Shown: piece by piece, positions 38,145-46,992 of the stretch | Layout of the letters: the number at the start of each line of letters is the position of its first letter | Numbering within the stretch: position 1 is the stretch's first letter | NCBI GenBank assembly: GCA_007375725.1 | Contig: VMEV01000004.1 | Coordinates: forward strand, 5,021-69,020 | Source of the DNA: Parcubacteria group bacterium Greene0416_36 | GTDB taxonomy: Bacteria > Patescibacteriota > Patescibacteriia > VMEV01 | Reading direction: 5' to 3' | Length of the DNA: 64,000 bases | Position numbers and translations under genes: made by a program | Notes under the pieces: model-generated | What the model was told of the DNA's origin: nothing | What the model saw: only the letters and a program-made list of their open reading frames with translations | The model's database searches: none

Positions 38145-39527
38145 GTGACTTGTAACTTTCTTTTTTACATTTTTATACTCCTAACCTTCCTCCTTCCCCT
38201 CGAACGCCTGGGTTCTTTTGAATTCTGGGGTATCACTATACGATTTTCACAACTCATATTATTGGTAATCTTAGCATTACTGCCCTTCTGCATCCCTTTT
38301 TCAAAAATCAAAAACCTCTACTTTTCCAATAAAAAACTTTATTTTTCACTCATTTTATTTATCACTATTGCCGCTTTCTCAATCATCCAGAGCATAAATG
38401 TTGCTCGCTCATTATTTATTTTTTTCGCCACCCTTTTCACCGCCTCCCTCGCCTTCGTTATCCCCCTCGTCATCGACACCGAAGCCAAACTCCGCCAAAC
38501 TATCGGCGCGTTATTCATCACCACGACTCTCGCCTGTCTCTTCGGCCTCTACCAATTCACCGCCGACATGCTCGGCGCGCCCACTTCATGGACCGGCCTC
38601 CTCCCTCGCTACGCCCACGAAATCCTCGGCTTCTCCCGCATCCAGTCCACCTTCGCCGAACCCCTCTACTTCGCCAATTTTTTATTCCTCCCATTTTTTC
38701 TAGCCCTCGCTTATTTTCTAAACCAACCCCGTCATCCTCGAGAGCCCGGAGGGCTCATCGGGGATCCAGACCCTCAACTACTAAAAAAAAATACATCCCC
38801 TTTCACCGATCCACACCTATTGATGGGTTTGTTGCTCACCTCCCTCCTCCTCACCACCTCCCGCGGCGCTTATCTCGGCCTCCTCGCCGGATGCGCCTTC
38901 TTCCTCATTTTCGCCTACCGCAAAATCTTCTCAAAACATTATTTCTTCTCTCTATTCAAAATCGGCTTGGCCTCAATCATCCTCTCTTTCTCACTTCTCC
39001 AAATAGGATCCTCCACTCAAACAAAATCATTCTTCGAACACACCCAAATCCCCACCGACTCCGGATCGTTCCTCGAGCGCAAAGAGACCTTCACCAAGGC
39101 TTGGCAATTATTTCTCCAAAAACCTCTCCTTGGCCACGGCATCGGATCTTTCGGGCCTCATCTGTCCGCAGATCCTCAAATTCCGCCGGCAGGAGGCTTT
39201 AAAATCGTAAACAATCAATATCTGGAACTAATGGCCGAAGTGGGAATATTAGGAATCGTGCCCATCACCGTCTTTTTTATTCTGCTCATCACCCAAGCAA
39301 TTTCTCTTTTAAAAACACAAACTCAAATTTCTTCCCATAGCCCCTTAAATCCTTCCACAAACGACCGGCGCAGATTACTTCTTCTTGGACTAACCAGCGC
39401 CATTATCGCGATCCTTGCTCAATACATGACCCTTAGCACACTTTATATGATGCAGATGTGGTTCGCGATAGGACTTCTCATCGCCGCCATACGGATATTG
39501 TCATCCAAAACAAATGTGTTAGGTTGA
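38145..39527 (+). CDS. O-antigen ligase (Wzy_C)-family polytopic membrane protein
   Basis: 460 aa, at least 10 TM helices. Wzy_C-like loop (LLTTSRGAYLGLLAGCAFFL) followed by a large periplasmic loop. Locally C-rich composition (38.4-39.2 kb) compared with the rest of the window. Confidence 0.55.
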   Translation: MTCNFLFYIFILLTFLLPLERLGSFEFWGITIRFSQLILLVILALLPFCIPFSKIKNLYFSNKKLYFSLILFITIAAFSIIQSINVARSLFIFFATLFTASLAFVIPLVIDTEAKLRQTIGALFITTTLACLFGLYQFTADMLGAPTSWTGLLPRYAHEILGFSRIQSTFAEPLYFANFLFLPFFLALAYFLNQPRHPREPGGLIGDPDPQLLKKNTSPFTDPHLLMGLLLTSLLLTTSRGAYLGLLAGCAFFLIFAYRKIFSKHYFFSLFKIGLASIILSFSLLQIGSSTQTKSFFEHTQIPTDSGSFLERKETFTKAWQLFLQKPLLGHGIGSFGPHLSADPQIPPAGGFKIVNNQYLELMAEVGILGIVPITVFFILLITQAISLLKTQTQISSHSPLNPSTNDRRRLLLLGLTSAIIAILAQYMTLSTLYMMQMWFAIGLLIAAIRILSSKTNVLG

Positions 39528-39584
39528 AAATAGTGTTTCTTATTTCGTTCTTTTTTATATTTATACAAAAAAAGAGAGTTAAAA

Positions 39585-40334
39585 ATGACTAATTCTGAAA
39601 GAGAACAGAAACTAAATTTCTGGGATCTCATTGCCTCCATATTCTGGCTCCTGATGGAGTCTTTCTGGATGATGCAGTGGAATACGATGGCCCAATGGAT
39701 GATTCCATTTGCCATCATCACCGGACTATACACGTTCCGATACATCCAAAGAACCATCGCCGCTTTCTTCTCGAGTCTGACCATGTTCTTATGGGTCACA
39801 AGAGCTGCTTTTTGGGTGGTCTCCGACATCAACAAAATCATGCCCCTAGAAATAGTAGCCAAAGTACTATTCGGGATAGGAACCATCACGCTCGTGGTCC
39901 TTATCCTTACAAATTCCTTAGAGCATTTCTCCCGCTTCAAAGGAACCAGCCACAATGATCAATCGCATAAACTTAATCTCGCCGAGCAAAGCGGTTCCGT
40001 GGTGTGGTTTCTAATGGATGGACTCTGGCTCATGAAATTGACATTCTGGGCGTACATCCTAATCATCCCCGCACTCGTCCTTAATTTGACCATCTTTCGT
40101 TATACCGAAAGAAAAGCCTCTGGCATGATAGTAACCACAATCATCAACTTGTGGCTGCTCTTCGCCATCAGCTGGATGATTTCTGACCTGGGAGGCATCA
40201 CGGTATTTTACACAGTCTCTCAAGTTTGTTTCGGATGTATGGGTGTGTCTATTATCGCTCTAATCATCAGCCTCAAACCCGCCACACAAAGCAATCAAAT
40301 TTCCAACCCCGAAATAGCCAAAGGTTTTATTTAG
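39585..40334 (+). CDS. hypothetical polytopic membrane protein
   Basis: 249 aa, about 7 TM helices, Trp-rich; no motif recognised. Confidence 0.4.
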   Translation: MTNSEREQKLNFWDLIASIFWLLMESFWMMQWNTMAQWMIPFAIITGLYTFRYIQRTIAAFFSSLTMFLWVTRAAFWVVSDINKIMPLEIVAKVLFGIGTITLVVLILTNSLEHFSRFKGTSHNDQSHKLNLAEQSGSVVWFLMDGLWLMKLTFWAYILIIPALVLNLTIFRYTERKASGMIVTTIINLWLLFAISWMISDLGGITVFYTVSQVCFGCMGVSIIALIISLKPATQSNQISNPEIAKGFI

Positions 40335-40400
40335 CTATTCGAGAAAGGATAAAACAAAAAGCAGGCCAAGAAAAAAATTTCCGACCTGCTTTTATAATAA

Positions 40401-40488
40401 ACAACAAATCCCCCTCAGTCCCCCTTTGACAAGGGGGAGGTAACAGCCCCCTCCCTTGTCAAAGGGAGGGTTGGGGAGGGATTTGTTG
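40401..40488 (-). repeat. composite double-hairpin palindromic repeat, copy 6 (inverted orientation)
   Basis: CAACAAATCCCCCTCAGTCCCCCTTTGACAAGGGGGAGG-TAACAGCC-CCCTCCCTTGTCAAAGGGAGGGTTGGGGAGGGATTTGTTG at convergent gene ends. Confidence 0.8.
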
Positions 40489-40497
40489 TTATTTCCC

Positions 40498-40902
40498 CTA
40501 TACCAATTCCCCCGCCCCCGCTGCCAGGGCCAAGGCCACGATCAGATACGAAATAGACACCACGATAATACCGATAACCGCGTTCTTGATAATTTCCTTC
40601 GCCTCATCCACCTGCGACGAATTCCCAGCCGCCGTGATCCAACGGAAGCCGCCATATACTGAGTAGAGCACCGCCAAGGTGCCGATCACCCCCAAACACA
40701 ATTTCACAATGGCACCCACTCTGGTCGATAAAGTGGAAGTATCTCCTTTTGTACGCAAACCCGCTTGCTCTGAAGAAGCATCAAGCGTTTTCCCAATCGC
40801 TTGAATTCCGGTTTTGGGTTGGGCATAGGCAAACCCCATTGGCATCAAAAATACAGATGCCATCAAGATGAAACTCAAGAATATTTTTTTTAAAAAAGTC
40901 AT
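40498..40902 (-). CDS. TrbC/VirB2-like pilin paralog 1 (signal peptide + two-TM core)
   Basis: 134 aa. Signal peptide ending AYA-QP. Core LCLGVIGTLAVLYSVYGGFRWITAAGNSSQVDEAKEIIKNAVIGIIVVSISYLIV. Confidence 0.65.
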   Translation of the reverse strand: MTFLKKIFLSFILMASVFLMPMGFAYAQPKTGIQAIGKTLDASSEQAGLRTKGDTSTLSTRVGAIVKLCLGVIGTLAVLYSVYGGFRWITAAGNSSQVDEAKEIIKNAVIGIIVVSISYLIVALALAAGAGELV

Positions 40903-40911
40903 ATAATTTGA

Positions 40912-41331
40912 TTATTTACCGCCACTCGATAGCTGAATCGCCACCGCAATAATAATATAGGCAAATGTAACTATTGCCAAGCCAATGCAGGCATTTGTCA
41001 CGGTCTGTTTGGCCGCATCCACCTTCCCCGAATCCCCCCCCGCCGTAACCCACTGAAACCCGCCGTAGATGATGAAAATGACCGTCACCGTACCGATGAG
41101 CATGATGAAAAATTGGATGACTTCACCAAAACGAGAAGTGATATCTATGATAGTTTGACTGCGTCCACCCTGAGAGGTGACTTGAGACCCTTCAGTCATG
41201 CCACTCGAAGTTGTAGTCTCTAACAATTCCCCTGAGGCTTTTTGGAAACCCTTCTTTTCTTCCGCCAATACAAAAAGCGGACTGAGTAAAGCCATCAAAG
41301 AAAATAGAATTGGGAGAAGTGATCGAAACAT
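40912..41331 (-). CDS. TrbC/VirB2-like pilin paralog 2
   Basis: 139 aa. Signal peptide. Core IGTVTVIFIIYGGFQWVTAGGDSGKVDAAKQTVTNACIGLAIVTFAYIII. Confidence 0.65.
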   Translation of the reverse strand: MFRSLLPILFSLMALLSPLFVLAEEKKGFQKASGELLETTTSSGMTEGSQVTSQGGRSQTIIDITSRFGEVIQFFIMLIGTVTVIFIIYGGFQWVTAGGDSGKVDAAKQTVTNACIGLAIVTFAYIIIAVAIQLSSGGK

Positions 41332-41424
41332 AGGGGAAAAAGTTGGATAAAAAGACAGGAGATCCCCGATCCGCCTGACGGCTCTCGGGGATGATTTAAA
41401 TTTCGCTTGGGGGCTAAATTTAAA

Positions 41425-41853
41425 TCATTTGAATACCGTATCAATCGCACTCTTGAGCGCGAACGAGCTGATCGAATAGGCGGAAATCACGATAATAAGG
41501 CCGATCACGGCATTCTTAAGCCAAGCCTTAGCTTCGTCAATCTGAGCAGAATCACCTCCGGCAGTCATGTATTTCCATCCGGCCCAGAGGATGATCAAAG
41601 TCAGAACCGTCCCCAAAAAGGTAAGGATGATCTTGATGATATTGACCACCGTATCAATGAGATCCGCCTGGGTCTGGTCCTCACTAGTGGCGGCATATCC
41701 CGCCCCCGTCGCCACCTTCTCCGCGTCCAACACCGCCTGATCCAGAAAACGCTGAGCAGACACGGGAGCCAGAGGCAAAGCGACTAAGCCGAGACTGACT
41801 AGAAATAGAGATATTTTTCGAAACATAACAAAATAAATTAAATATACAGCCAA
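41425..41853 (-). CDS. TrbC/VirB2-like pilin paralog 3
   Basis: 142 aa. Core LGTVLTLIILWAGWKYMTAGGDSAQIDEAKAWLKNAVIGLIIVISAYSI. Confidence 0.65.
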   Translation of the reverse strand: MAVYLIYFVMFRKISLFLVSLGLVALPLAPVSAQRFLDQAVLDAEKVATGAGYAATSEDQTQADLIDTVVNIIKIILTFLGTVLTLIILWAGWKYMTAGGDSAQIDEAKAWLKNAVIGLIIVISAYSISSFALKSAIDTVFK

Positions 41854-41857
41854 ACAA

Positions 41858-41947
41858 CAAACCCATCCCCAACCCTTCCCTTAACAAGGAAGGGAGAACT
41901 CGCAAATGCCTCCCCTGTTAAAGGGAGGTTAGGTGGAGTTTGTTGCT
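41858..41947 (+). repeat. variant copy of the composite repeat (TTAACAAGGAAGGG subtype) inside the pilin array
   Basis: CAACAAACCCATCCCCAACCCTTCCCTTAACAAGGAAGGGAG...CCTCCCCTGTTAAAGGGAGGTTAGGTGGAGTTTGTTG. Same architecture with diverged hairpin sequences. A second copy of this subtype is at 61688-61790. Confidence 0.7.
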
Positions 41948-42450
41948 TACCCATTCAAAAACTCACTCGTCCTAAGCGAATTGAGCACAAAACTGGTAAT
42001 CAGCCAAGCAAATGAGACAATCAGGACTCCCATGACGGCATTGAAAATTAGGGCCTTTGCCTTGGAAACATCTTCCTCATTTCCTCCGGCCAAAAACCAA
42101 GTATAACCCGCATAGATCACAACTAGAAGCAAGACTGTACCGAGTGCGCTGAGCAAAGTCTGGAGTATCTGCCCGATATAAATATAAATATTGACCCTGC
42201 CGGTATTTTCTTTGTATCGAGGATCAATCGCGGGACCCAAATTTCCTAAGGCCTCACGAGTTCCTGCCAATCCAGGACGGTGTTGGCCGCTGGGTCCCAC
42301 AACCGGGTTCAAAGCACCTCCCATATCAAACAATCCAGGATCTTCCGCTTTGCCTATAGGAGCAAAAGACAATACCAACGAAAAAACAATCATACAAACT
42401 GCCACTATTCTTTTTACTAGCATTCCGGTTTTATTCATATTCGTATTCAA
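41947..42450 (-). CDS. TrbC/VirB2-like pilin paralog 4
   Basis: 167 aa. Core LSALGTVLLLVVIYAGYTWFLAGGNEEDVSKAKALIFNAVMGVLIVSFAWLI. Track start overlaps the upstream paralog by 20 nt, so the true start may be an internal Met (MNKTGML or MLVKRIV). Confidence 0.6.
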   Translation of the reverse strand: MNTNMNKTGMLVKRIVAVCMIVFSLVLSFAPIGKAEDPGLFDMGGALNPVVGPSGQHRPGLAGTREALGNLGPAIDPRYKENTGRVNIYIYIGQILQTLLSALGTVLLLVVIYAGYTWFLAGGNEEDVSKAKALIFNAVMGVLIVSFAWLITSFVLNSLRTSEFLNG

Positions 42451-42910
42451 TAGTGGATTGCTTGATCGAACTCAACACAAAGGCCGTAATGCCCCAAGAC
42501 AACATAATGATCATAAGGCCGATAAATCCATTGATCAGCCATTTTTTTGCGGTCTCTACCTGATCCGCATTGCCCCCAGCCATAGCCCAGAGATAACCGG
42601 CGTAGAGAGTCATGGATAAAAATATAATTCCCAGAAACCCCAAAGCAATGCGCACGATCTGCACGATCAATTCAGTGAGGCCCGCTTTTCCTTCCTTCCG
42701 AATATCATACGACCCTCCGGCGATAAACTTCATGCGGCTGCGCGATAATTCATTTGACCCCGCCCTGCCTTCCGGATTTTGGGTGATGGATTCAGCATCG
42801 CCTGGGGTGACCGTTTTACCTGTTCCCGACGGCTGAGCCATAGCTGGAGTAGAAAAACCACCCCAACCCATAGCGACCGCCAAGAATAATAAAACTATTT
42901 TCCGAATCAT
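42431..42910 (-). CDS. TrbC/VirB2-like pilin paralog 5
   Basis: 159 aa. Core LGFLGIIFLSMTLYAGYLWAMAGGNADQVETAKKWLINGFIGLMIIMLSWGI. Confidence 0.65.
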   Translation of the reverse strand: MIRKIVLLFLAVAMGWGGFSTPAMAQPSGTGKTVTPGDAESITQNPEGRAGSNELSRSRMKFIAGGSYDIRKEGKAGLTELIVQIVRIALGFLGIIFLSMTLYAGYLWAMAGGNADQVETAKKWLINGFIGLMIIMLSWGITAFVLSSIKQSTIEYEYE

Positions 42911-42915
42911 AAAAA

Positions 42916-43341
42916 TTAATCAAACAAACTCGTAGGGATATCCACGGGATTGAGAGAGGCCACAATGAAATCAGTGATGAAATACGCGGCGGTAATAAGA
43001 ATCATACCGATGATGCCATTGGCAATCCATTTTCTCGCTTGATCTACCTGATCCGTATTGCCTCCAGCAGTCAGCCATAGAAACCCCGCGTAAATCACCA
43101 CGGCAAGCAAAATAAAACCCACAAAGGAGAGAATCGTCTTGATGATAAAACCCAAGGTCAGGTTCAGCTGGCGTTCCGATTCCGCTGCATCTGCCACCTT
43201 TTTTCCATAGCCTACCTGGGTCACGACTTGTACCCCGCCAAAGGGATCCGGCTTATCTTCCGCGAGCACAGGAATCGCAAAAAATCCGGCAAACAAAACC
43301 GCGGTAAACCCCATCAATAACATTTTCCTAAAAAAAATCAT
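42916..43341 (-). CDS. TrbC/VirB2-like pilin paralog 6
   Basis: 141 aa. Core LSFVGFILLAVVIYAGFLWLTAGGNTDQVDQARKWIANGIIGMILITAAYFI. Confidence 0.65.
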   Translation of the reverse strand: MIFFRKMLLMGFTAVLFAGFFAIPVLAEDKPDPFGGVQVVTQVGYGKKVADAAESERQLNLTLGFIIKTILSFVGFILLAVVIYAGFLWLTAGGNTDQVDQARKWIANGIIGMILITAAYFITDFIVASLNPVDIPTSLFD

Positions 43342-43353
43342 AAATTTCTACCT

Positions 43354-43398
43354 GTCATTGCGAGCCACCGCATTCTAGCGGTGGCGTGGCAATCTCAT
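43354..43398 (-). promoter_or_regulatory. conserved leader hairpin element (minus strand: ATGAGATTGCCACG-[GCCACCGC..GCGGTGGC]-TCGCAATGACA) directly upstream of pilin paralog 6
   Basis: Shares its flanks with the 46993-47035 element. The inner stem differs there but remains complementary (compensatory change). Confidence 0.4.
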
Positions 43399-43408
43399 GA
43401 ATAAACCC

Positions 43409-43840
43409 CTACCCCCTTTGCAAAAAAGCTCCGATCAAAAATCCCACAATCAAATAAGCTGTGGCGATAATAAAAATACCGATAGTCCCATTGGTCACCC
43501 ATTTCTTCGCCTGATCCACCTGATCGGAATTCCCTCCGGCCGTGAGCCACAGGAACCCTGCGTAAATGATCACCAAAAGCAAAATCACGCCCACCACTCG
43601 CAATATCCAAAATACCACCACACCCACAATGAAAAAAAAAGTGAATTCTTCCCTCCCCGCCTGATAATCCGTATCACCAAATCCCTCTCGAGCGATATCT
43701 TGTAGATATCCAGCTCCAGTAGCCCCAGGATCATTTCTACCTCCAGTTCCAGGTTCTACCGCAAAAACTATTACAGGAATAAATAACAAAAAAAAGCAGA
43801 TAAGTAATAAATTCAATTGATATATAATTTTTTTCCACAT
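43409..43840 (-). CDS. TrbC/VirB2-like pilin paralog 7
   Basis: 143 aa. Core VVGVILLLVIIYAGFLWLTAGGNSDQVDQAKKWVTNGTIGIFIIATAYLI. Confidence 0.65.
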   Translation of the reverse strand: MWKKIIYQLNLLLICFFLLFIPVIVFAVEPGTGGRNDPGATGAGYLQDIAREGFGDTDYQAGREEFTFFFIVGVVVFWILRVVGVILLLVIIYAGFLWLTAGGNSDQVDQAKKWVTNGTIGIFIIATAYLIVGFLIGAFLQRG

Positions 43841-43845
43841 AAAAA

Positions 43846-44271
43846 TTATGAAGCAATACGAGTCAGAGACTCAATAAACCCAGCTATAACATAGGAGGCC
43901 CCGACAATAATCGCGCCAATAGTACAATTAGTGATGATCGTTTTTGCTTTCTCCACTTGATCAGAATTACCTCCAGCAGTAAGCCACAGAATACCTGAGT
44001 AGATAATAAGAATCAACAATATTACTCCAACTAAAGACAAAAGTATTTTTACATAGCGAATAATTGTGCTGACCAAAATTAAATTGACAACTCCTCGAGT
44101 CTGCAATCCTTCTGTTGTTACTTTTATACCGCTAGTATTAACACTAGTATTGCTTAAAGCCGCATCCAACAACTTCCCTCCGCGTACTTTATCTTTCGTT
44201 GTATCTTGAGCAAAAACAAAACTAGGAACCAACAAAATCGACAGTAATAATGCAATCAAAATCTTTCTCAT
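43846..44271 (-). CDS. TrbC/VirB2-like pilin paralog 8
   Basis: 141 aa. Core LVGVILLILIIYSGILWLTAGGNSDQVEKAKTIITNCTIGAIIVGASYVI. Confidence 0.65.
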   Translation of the reverse strand: MRKILIALLLSILLVPSFVFAQDTTKDKVRGGKLLDAALSNTSVNTSGIKVTTEGLQTRGVVNLILVSTIIRYVKILLSLVGVILLILIIYSGILWLTAGGNSDQVEKAKTIITNCTIGAIIVGASYVIAGFIESLTRIAS

Positions 44272-44278
44272 ACGATTT

Positions 44279-44692
44279 TTAACTTGTAGTTTGAGTCGCG
44301 AGCAAGATAAAGGCCGTTATCGCATAGGCCGTGCCAATAATCAGGGCACCCATAAAGGCATTGAATATAAGCGTCCGCGCCTCGGCGGCCTTGTCCGTAT
44401 TGCCCCCAGCCGTGAGCCACAAAAATCCGCCGTAGATAATGATGATCAAAATCACGAGACCTAGAAACTGCAGGGCCTGCTCAATCAATTTACCAATACG
44501 CTGGGCTAACCCAGTGGCAGTGGCATCATCTTTTTTTTCTGACAAAGAAGCTTTTTCCATGGTTGTACTAAAAAAACCATCTCCCTTCATAATAGTCTCC
44601 GAAACCGAAGCCGATACAAAACCAACATTGACCCCGAATAACATCACCAGAGCCATGGAACTTAAAAATAATTTTTTGAAAAATGAAGGCAT
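44279..44692 (-). CDS. TrbC/VirB2-like pilin paralog 9
   Basis: 137 aa. Core LGLVILIIIIYGGFLWLTAGGNTDKAAEARTLIFNAFMGALIIGTAYAI. Confidence 0.65.
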   Translation of the reverse strand: MPSFFKKLFLSSMALVMLFGVNVGFVSASVSETIMKGDGFFSTTMEKASLSEKKDDATATGLAQRIGKLIEQALQFLGLVILIIIIYGGFLWLTAGGNTDKAAEARTLIFNAFMGALIIGTAYAITAFILLATQTTS

Positions 44693-44697
44693 AAAGT

Positions 44698-44934
44698 TTA
44701 AAATTTTCCTAAAGCTTTTAGAAATTCTTCAACCGAGATTTTCGATTGTTTCAATACACCCATCAACATTCCCCTTTTTAAATCCTTGCTATGATAAGGC
44801 AAAATAACTCTCCTCGTGGCATCTAACGAATGTATCAATTTAATATGGCTTCCCTTCTGCGAAATCACTTTAAATCCCAAACTGAGGAGCAATTGTAACA
44901 CTTCCTTTGCCTTCAAAATCGGAATAATACTCAT
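44698..44934 (-). CDS. hicA: HicA-family toxin (mRNA interferase)
   Basis: 78 aa. KAKEVLQLLLSLGFKVISQKGSHIKLIH matches the HicA/YcfA K..L...GF....KGSH..H core. Immediately downstream of hicB. Confidence 0.65.
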   Translation of the reverse strand: MSIIPILKAKEVLQLLLSLGFKVISQKGSHIKLIHSLDATRRVILPYHSKDLKRGMLMGVLKQSKISVEEFLKALGKF

Positions 44935-44937
44935 ACA

Positions 44938-45138
44938 TTACCTTGAGGTCTCCAAAGCAAATTCTATTGCCTCTCTTGCCATATACTTTGCCTCTACCAG
45001 ACTATCTCCCCCAGTCACAATTTCAGGAATTTTCATCACTCGAACAATATAGCCTTTTTCATCATTGTTCCTTTCAAAACGAGTATCAAAAACCCCTTTT
45101 TTCGTCTTCAATCTGAATTTTTTTATTTTTCTTAACAT
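44938..45138 (-). CDS. hicB: HicB-family antitoxin (UPF0150/HicB N-terminal-domain-like)
   Basis: Start chosen at internal Met (MLRKIKK...), giving 66 aa. GYIVRVMKIPEIVTGGDSLVEAKYMAREAIEFALE is a typical HicB RNase-H-fold antitoxin segment. The longer track ORF (to 45294) would overlap the upstream pilin gene on the same strand. Confidence 0.55.
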   Translation of the reverse strand: MLRKIKKFRLKTKKGVFDTRFERNNDEKGYIVRVMKIPEIVTGGDSLVEAKYMAREAIEFALETSR

Positions 45139-45140
45139 AT

Positions 45141-45587
45141 TTATAAAGGTGTAATCAAAGCCGTGGTAAGACCCTTTGTGATGAAGCTTATCAAGACATA
45201 CGAACTGCCGCAAATCACAATCGCAATCACCGAGTTCACCAATATCCTCTTCCCTTCCCCCGCCTGATCCGAATTCCCCGCCGCCGTAGTCCACAAATAC
45301 CCTCCGTAGACCACATATCCCAATGCCACGGTACCAATGATGGACAGGGCAATGCCCATGTAGCGGCCGATTTGATTGACTACCACTAAACGAGCATCGG
45401 AGAGAACGTCTGTTCCTTCTTCTCTTGATATAGTCTCATCTAAATTTGTCTGCGATAAACCACCACCTTCATTGTCTGCTCCTAACATTTTATTGACAAG
45501 TGTAGGATTAAGTTGTGCATACAATAAAATAGGAAGACAAAATACTAAACTTACAGAAACAGATAAAATCGAAACAATTCGCTTCAT
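45141..45587 (-). CDS. TrbC/VirB2-like pilin paralog 10
   Basis: 148 aa. Core IALSIIGTVALGYVVYGGYLWTTAAGNSDQAGEGKRILVNSVIAIVICGSSYVLI. Confidence 0.65.
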   Translation of the reverse strand: MKRIVSILSVSVSLVFCLPILLYAQLNPTLVNKMLGADNEGGGLSQTNLDETISREEGTDVLSDARLVVVNQIGRYMGIALSIIGTVALGYVVYGGYLWTTAAGNSDQAGEGKRILVNSVIAIVICGSSYVLISFITKGLTTALITPL

Positions 45588-45593
45588 AAATTT

Positions 45594-45983
45594 CTATCCA
45601 GCTAAAGCCAATACTACAAAATTAGTCAGTGTATACGCACCCATTAAAATCACCATCCCAATCACCGCGCTGGAGATAATTTCCTTGGACTCATCTATTT
45701 TCGCCTGATCGCCTTTTGCCGTGAGCCACAGAAATCCAGCATATACTACATAACCAAGAGCAATCACACCCAAAAACCCATAGATAACAGACAAAACCTG
45801 GCCGATATAGACGGCGGGGCTTTTGGCACCTTCTGCGGTTATCTCATATCCGGATTTCTCAGCAAATATGTTCAGTTTCCCAACAGGATCTGGGTTTTCG
45901 GCGGCCAATACCCAAAAAGGCAACATTAAAAATATTACACTCGATAAAAAAATAAAAGTTTTTTGAAAAAATGAGTGTCTCAT
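45594..45983 (-). CDS. TrbC/VirB2-like pilin paralog 11
   Basis: 129 aa. Core GFLGVIALGYVVYAGFLWLTAKGDQAKIDESKEIISSAVIGMVILMGAYTL. Confidence 0.65.
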   Translation of the reverse strand: MRHSFFQKTFIFLSSVIFLMLPFWVLAAENPDPVGKLNIFAEKSGYEITAEGAKSPAVYIGQVLSVIYGFLGVIALGYVVYAGFLWLTAKGDQAKIDESKEIISSAVIGMVILMGAYTLTNFVVLALAG

Positions 45984-45986
45984 AAT

Positions 45987-46409
45987 TTATTTAACTTCTA
46001 CACCCGTAATCACATTGGTACCCAGCTGACTGATCGCGAAATTGGCTAGGGAATAAGCCCCAAAAATAATCACAAGGCCGATACCCCCATACAATAAAAT
46101 CTTCTTGGCAGTATCAACCTTCGAGGAATCTCCCGCGGCCGTGAGATACAAAAATCCGGCATAAATGATAATAAGCAATGCAAAAATACCTAGGATACCA
46201 AGGATAGATTGGATAATACCTCCGGAATATTGAATGAAGGCTTCTTGTTCCACCTTGCCTCCTCCTTCAAAGGCTTGCGAAGCCTTTCCTGTTTCCATTA
46301 GCCCCGTTGACAATGGATCAGCAGCCAAAATATTCGAACCCAAACCAAAAGACAGGACTCCGACTAGGATTCCCGACAATAAAATTTTATTTCGGAGAAA
46401 ATTTCGCAT
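45987..46409 (-). CDS. TrbC/VirB2-like pilin paralog 12
   Basis: 140 aa. Core LGILGIFALLIIIYAGFLYLTAAGDSSKVDTAKKILLYGGIGLVIIFGAYSL. Confidence 0.65.
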   Translation of the reverse strand: MRNFLRNKILLSGILVGVLSFGLGSNILAADPLSTGLMETGKASQAFEGGGKVEQEAFIQYSGGIIQSILGILGIFALLIIIYAGFLYLTAAGDSSKVDTAKKILLYGGIGLVIIFGAYSLANFAISQLGTNVITGVEVK

Positions 46410-46453
46410 ATAAAATCTTCGTTTGAAGAAGTAGAAAAAAGATATCCCTATTT

Positions 46454-46487
46454 GTCTGTAGGGGCGCAGCGCGCTGCGCCCCTACAG
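46454..46487. repeat. GTAGGGGC-family palindrome TCTGTAGGGGCGCAGCGCGCTGCGCCCCTACAGA in an intergenic gap of the pilin array
   Basis: Perfect 34-bp palindrome. Unlike other family members it lacks flanking A/T runs. Confidence 0.6.
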
Positions 46488-46583
46488 ACAACATGTCCTT
46501 TTTCTGCTTCTTCCTCCGAGCCCTTCAGCTCGGAGAGAAGAAAAGATTATAGATATAACAATTAGCTAGCTTATTGCTATCTC

Positions 46584-46982
46584 CTATCCTTGTAAACCTG
46601 TAGCAACGGTGAGTTGCTGGAGCACGAAAGTCGTGATCGCAAACGCGGACAAAATGATCACCAAACCGATAATACCGGCCTGAATGAGCTTTTTAGCTTC
46701 GTCTGTCTTATCGCTGGAACCTCCGGCAGTCATCCATTTGAAACCACCCATGAGGATGATCACCACGGCGACAGTACCCAAAAATCCCATGATAATGCGG
46801 ATCAAAGCGGCAATCGTTTCACGTGGATCGCGCTGTCCGAGTCCGGTATTTTTCTGAAAATTGATGCCGAATACGTCCTCAGCTGCGCCCACAGCCACGG
46901 GGACCGCCAGCATATTGAGAGACATAATCACCGACATGATTCCTACACCTAATTTTTTCATCATAATATCACCCCCTTTCAT
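46584..46982 (-). CDS. TrbC/VirB2-like pilin paralog 13
   Basis: 132 aa. Core MGFLGTVAVVIILMGGFKWMTAGGSSDKTDEAKKLIQAGIIGLVIILSAFAI. Confidence 0.65.
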   Translation of the reverse strand: MKGGDIMMKKLGVGIMSVIMSLNMLAVPVAVGAAEDVFGINFQKNTGLGQRDPRETIAALIRIIMGFLGTVAVVIILMGGFKWMTAGGSSDKTDEAKKLIQAGIIGLVIILSAFAITTFVLQQLTVATGLQG

Positions 46983-46992
46983 TTTTTATAGT

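Noticed and set aside
38398-39202. Pro/Ser/Arg-rich ORFs 38398..38703 and 38588..39202 on the plus strand
   Set aside because: Alternative frames of the C-rich O-antigen-ligase-like gene with low-complexity translations; the membrane-protein frame is far more credible.
44938-45294. Longer 118-aa version of the hicB ORF
   Set aside because: The N-terminal 52 residues are Gly/Asp/Cys low-complexity and would overlap the upstream pilin gene on the same strand; the internal Met abutting the pilin stop gives a canonical HicB size.
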